A stretch of 63,048 nucleotides of DNA, filler included, from Olpidium bornovanus S191 (taxonomy: Eukaryota > Fungi > Olpidiomycota): the NCBI GenBank assembly GCA_017911155.1. It is 31 parts of 31 records of this genome, joined end to end, with 100 filler letters (N's around TTAATTAATTAA, not from the genome) between each part and the next. Parts side by side here need not be neighbours in the genome. Positions count along the whole stretch, not along the records: positions 58,978 to 61,265 come from JAEFCI010008888.1; positions 61,366 to 63,048 come from JAEFCI010000733.1; 29 more parts are not named here. One strand, given 5' to 3'. Of this stretch, positions 59,891-63,048 are shown piece by piece. The position numbers and the translations under genes are program-made. Positions within the stretch are counted from its first letter, which is position 1. Every line of letters begins with the position of its first letter. Under the pieces are notes generated by a model. The model made no database searches. It was given only the letters and a program-made list of their open reading frames with translations, and was not told the DNA's origin.

Positions 59891-60532
59891 GGGATGGATA
59901 CGCATAATCTGCAGGCGGGCGGGACGGCAACCTGAGAACCCATGCCGAGCGTCGAAGGTACGAACACCTTGGCATGCGAGGGCCGGCGTTCGCCAATCCG
60001 CTCACCTGGCCCAACTTCTTCCCACTTTTCCGCCGGGCCCGTTTTAAGAGCCTCATTAGCCCACGATGGACATCTCGTTCTCGTCGACCTTGCGCTCCTG
60101 CGAGAGCGCGTCGAAGATCCGCTCTGGGGCGTCCGCCCTCGCCCAATTGGGCGCATAAATGCGTTTTCTAGTGTCTCTGCTTCCCCCTCTGGTTCGGTTT
60201 GTTTCGTCGTTTGGTCGCCACGTGATCGCCGGGCACGCCGCGCATGTTAATCCCCTCCCGCCCCCTTCCAACCACCGCCCTCCCGCCGGGCCAGGACAAA
60301 CGTTACGCGCGCAACGCGCCCGCCAGCCGCCACCCCGCGCGCCGTTCTCCTCGTGCTCGTCCTCGTTTTCGTCCTCGTCCTCCTCTCTCGCGCGCGATCT
60401 TTCTCTCTGTCTCTCCCTTTCTCTATTTCTCTCTCTCTCTCTCTCTTCCCCCTTTGCCCTCTCTCGAGCCCTCCCGCCGCCGCGCGCCGCCGCACGCCGC
60501 CGCTCCTCGGCAGCGCGGAGACAAATAAGACC

Positions 60533-60878
60533 ATGTCGGCAACGGTGGAGGATGCGCGGGCGGACGGCCGCCCTGCTTCCGGCGGCAAAGGGACAGGCGC
60601 AACCAAGGGGCTGCCGGCTACCGGATCCGGAGGCGCAGCCGGAGGAGGAGGAGGGCCGGCGGCAAGAGGGAGCGCCGGTCGGAGCGGTGCCGCCGCCGAA
60701 ACGCCCGCGGCGACGTATTTGTCCTCCGCGCAGCCCCCGGCGGCCGCACCCGACGACGCTGCCCGCGCGGCCCTACCCTCGGCGCCGAGGTACGAGCTCA
60801 GGTACTCGCTGGTCGGGCACAAAATGTCGGTGTCGAGCGTGAAGTTCTCGCCGGACGGGAAGTGGCTCGCGAGCAGCT
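60533..60878 (+). CDS. WDR5: WD40 protein WDR5/Swd3-like, first exon
   Basis: Gly/Ala-rich leader, then PRYELRYSLVGHKMSVSSVKFSPDGKWLASS and a GTGAGT donor, matching the first WD repeat of WDR5. Confidence 0.75.
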
Positions 60879-61206
60879 GTGAGTGCGTGAAAATGAGGGA
60901 AAAGAAATTCGCTTATTCGGGCTCCGCATTGTTGTTGCACGGGGGAAGCCCTGTTTCAAGCGGGGAGGCAAACCCGGGCGGCCACGTTATCTGGCCCCCT
61001 CCGGTGTGCGCGCGTGTGTTTTCTATCCCGCGTTTGTTCCGCCGCTGAAACGCATTTCGGTTGCGCTGGCCGAAGTAGCGACGCGGCTCAAAGAGGTCCT
61101 TCTTGGACACCCCCCTCGTCGTCCCAGATTTTCGGCCAGTCACCTGGCTCGGCTGCCGGCTCGACTACGTTTGTTAGAAGCGCGCGCTGACTGATCGCAC
61201 CTTTCT

Positions 61207-61258
<52 letters not shown>

Positions 61259-61367
61259 ACACACANNNNNNNNNNNNNNNNNNNNNNNNNNNNNNNNNNN
61301 NNNNNNNNNTTAATTAATTAANNNNNNNNNNNNNNNNNNNNNNNNNNNNNNNNNNNNNNNNNNNNGG

Positions 61368-61487
<120 letters not shown>

Positions 61488-61645
61488 GCGGCGCCACCCC
61501 GGTCAGGCCGGCCCTGGTCCCTTCTGTTCCCCCGGACGGCGGATGGGACCAATCGGATTCTTGGACCGCCCCCAGAGGGCCAAAAGAAAAACAACGGCAA
61601 AACGTGGTTCCGGGGAGCGAACGTGTGGTGCACGTTCCGACCCCT

Positions 61646-61691
<46 letters not shown>

Positions 61692-61841
61692 TTTTTTTTT
61701 TTTTTTTGTTTCCCAACCCGTTCCACGCTTGTTTCCGGACTCGACCAAGACCCAAACGCGGGCGTGTTTCTTTTTCTTTTAAGAATTTTATTTTTTGGTT
61801 TTGTTTTTTTTCAGAATGTGATCACTTTTCCCCCCTTCTCC

Positions 61842-61893
<52 letters not shown>

Positions 61894-63048
61894 TTTTTTC
61901 CCCCCCCCCCTTCCCCCCCCCCCCCCGCCCCTCCCCCTCCTCTGGACCCCCTCCACCCGTACCTTGTTTTGGCCCCACCCTGTTTTCTGCAACGCGTTCT
62001 TTTTCTGCCCTCGCCACGCCCTCCCCAACGCGCGCACTCGCGCACACGCGCGCGCAAGGCCCCGCCGCACGCAGAACCGCTCGGAAAGCCGAATCGTAAA
62101 AAAAAAAAAAAGGCCCTGGGGTAGTAGGCGTCCGGGGAGCGCTTTGAGTACCTTCTTTTTTCGCCCCCCGAGCAGGTCGCGGGATTTTGCGGTTGTCGAG
62201 CCGGGGGGGGGGGGGGGGGGCCGGGGGGGGGGGGGGGGGGGGGGGGTTGGGGGGGCGGGGGGGGGGGGGGAAGGAAAAGGGAGGGACCGCAAAAAAGCGC
62301 GTTCGGAAAAGGTTCGCTCCGAATTCGCGCCGGCAAAGTGGAACCCCGGGGTTTGGCCGTGGCTGGTTTTTAAGGGGACGACGCGCGGGGTGGCCACTTC
62401 GTTTCGGAGGGTTCCGGCACGGCCGTTCACATCCGCCGCAGCCGGGTCCGCCCGTCCAAACAGGGCCTTTACGAGTGCCGGCAGAGTTCTCCTTCCTGAG
62501 CAAAAAATAAAAAAAAAATAAAAAAAAACGCAGCAGACCACATTTTCCCAGTCGAACTCCCCCACTAATAAGAAAAAGAAAATTATAAAAGTTTTGAACC
62601 CGGCCTGTTTTCGCGCACACAGACTTTACGACAGAGCCGGATACGCATTAATGAATTAGTTCAGGCTTTCCGACGCGCGTGAATTGGCAAAATAGCGAAT
62701 AGCATAGAGCACCGTCACCGCCCCCGGAAAACCGCACGCGGGACGGAGAGCGGAAGAGGGGGAGGGGAGGGGGAAGGGGGAGGGGGGTGATACAAGAAGC
62801 TGTTGAACGACCACTGCGGAATGTCTGTTGGTGACCCAACACGTAGAGAGAGCTAGAGGAAGAGCAAAGGTAACGCAGGTAGGACGCCACCCGTTATAAA
62901 AGAAGTAAACAAAAAAGGGCACGATGCTCATGAAACGGTTTAAAAAAAAAAAGATAACCTTCGACGGTATTAACGCCGAAGTACCCCGTTACGGCGACTG
63001 ATTTCGGTCCCTTGACCCTCGGCCGAAGGCGGGTGATAACAAACCGAC

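Overview
This window is not one locus. It is 31 short contigs (about 1-4 kb each) joined by 30 artificial 100-bp spacers (44 N + TTAATTAATTAA + 44 N), so adjacency across spacers carries no meaning. The DNA is eukaryotic, GC-rich and intron-rich (GT-AG), uses the standard code, and is fungal (fungal type-I FAS beta subunit, fungal-type histone H3, Cys2-type acyltransferase). An early-diverging lineage, possibly Olpidium-like, is my inference and is not verified. Recognisable, mostly truncated genes are DCTN6, an Rtc5/MEAK7-like TLDc protein, MCM7, BRF1, KRR1, a Cys2-type serine O-succinyltransferase, a ZIP transporter, DED1, a PhoD-like phosphatase, SEC7, CTP synthase, histone H3, a Tgl2-like lipase, SHMT, FAS1, a PAP2 phosphatase, CTR9 and WDR5. 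Best leads: (1) an uninterrupted retroelement frame fusing a Ty3/gypsy-type RNase H to a Dam-family N6-adenine methyltransferase with an intact NPPF motif; (2) a Ty1/copia element with a chromodomain-like module between integrase and RT, split by a 143-bp TG...CA solo-LTR-like insert with a perfect 5-bp TSD; (3) a tRNA-like cloverleaf with D- and T-loops but no anticodon arm; (4) two small secreted Cys-rich proteins, one beside a higher-order repeat array; (5) possible alternative mitochondrial and cytosolic first exons on SHMT. All protein assignments come from motif recognition by eye, not database searches.
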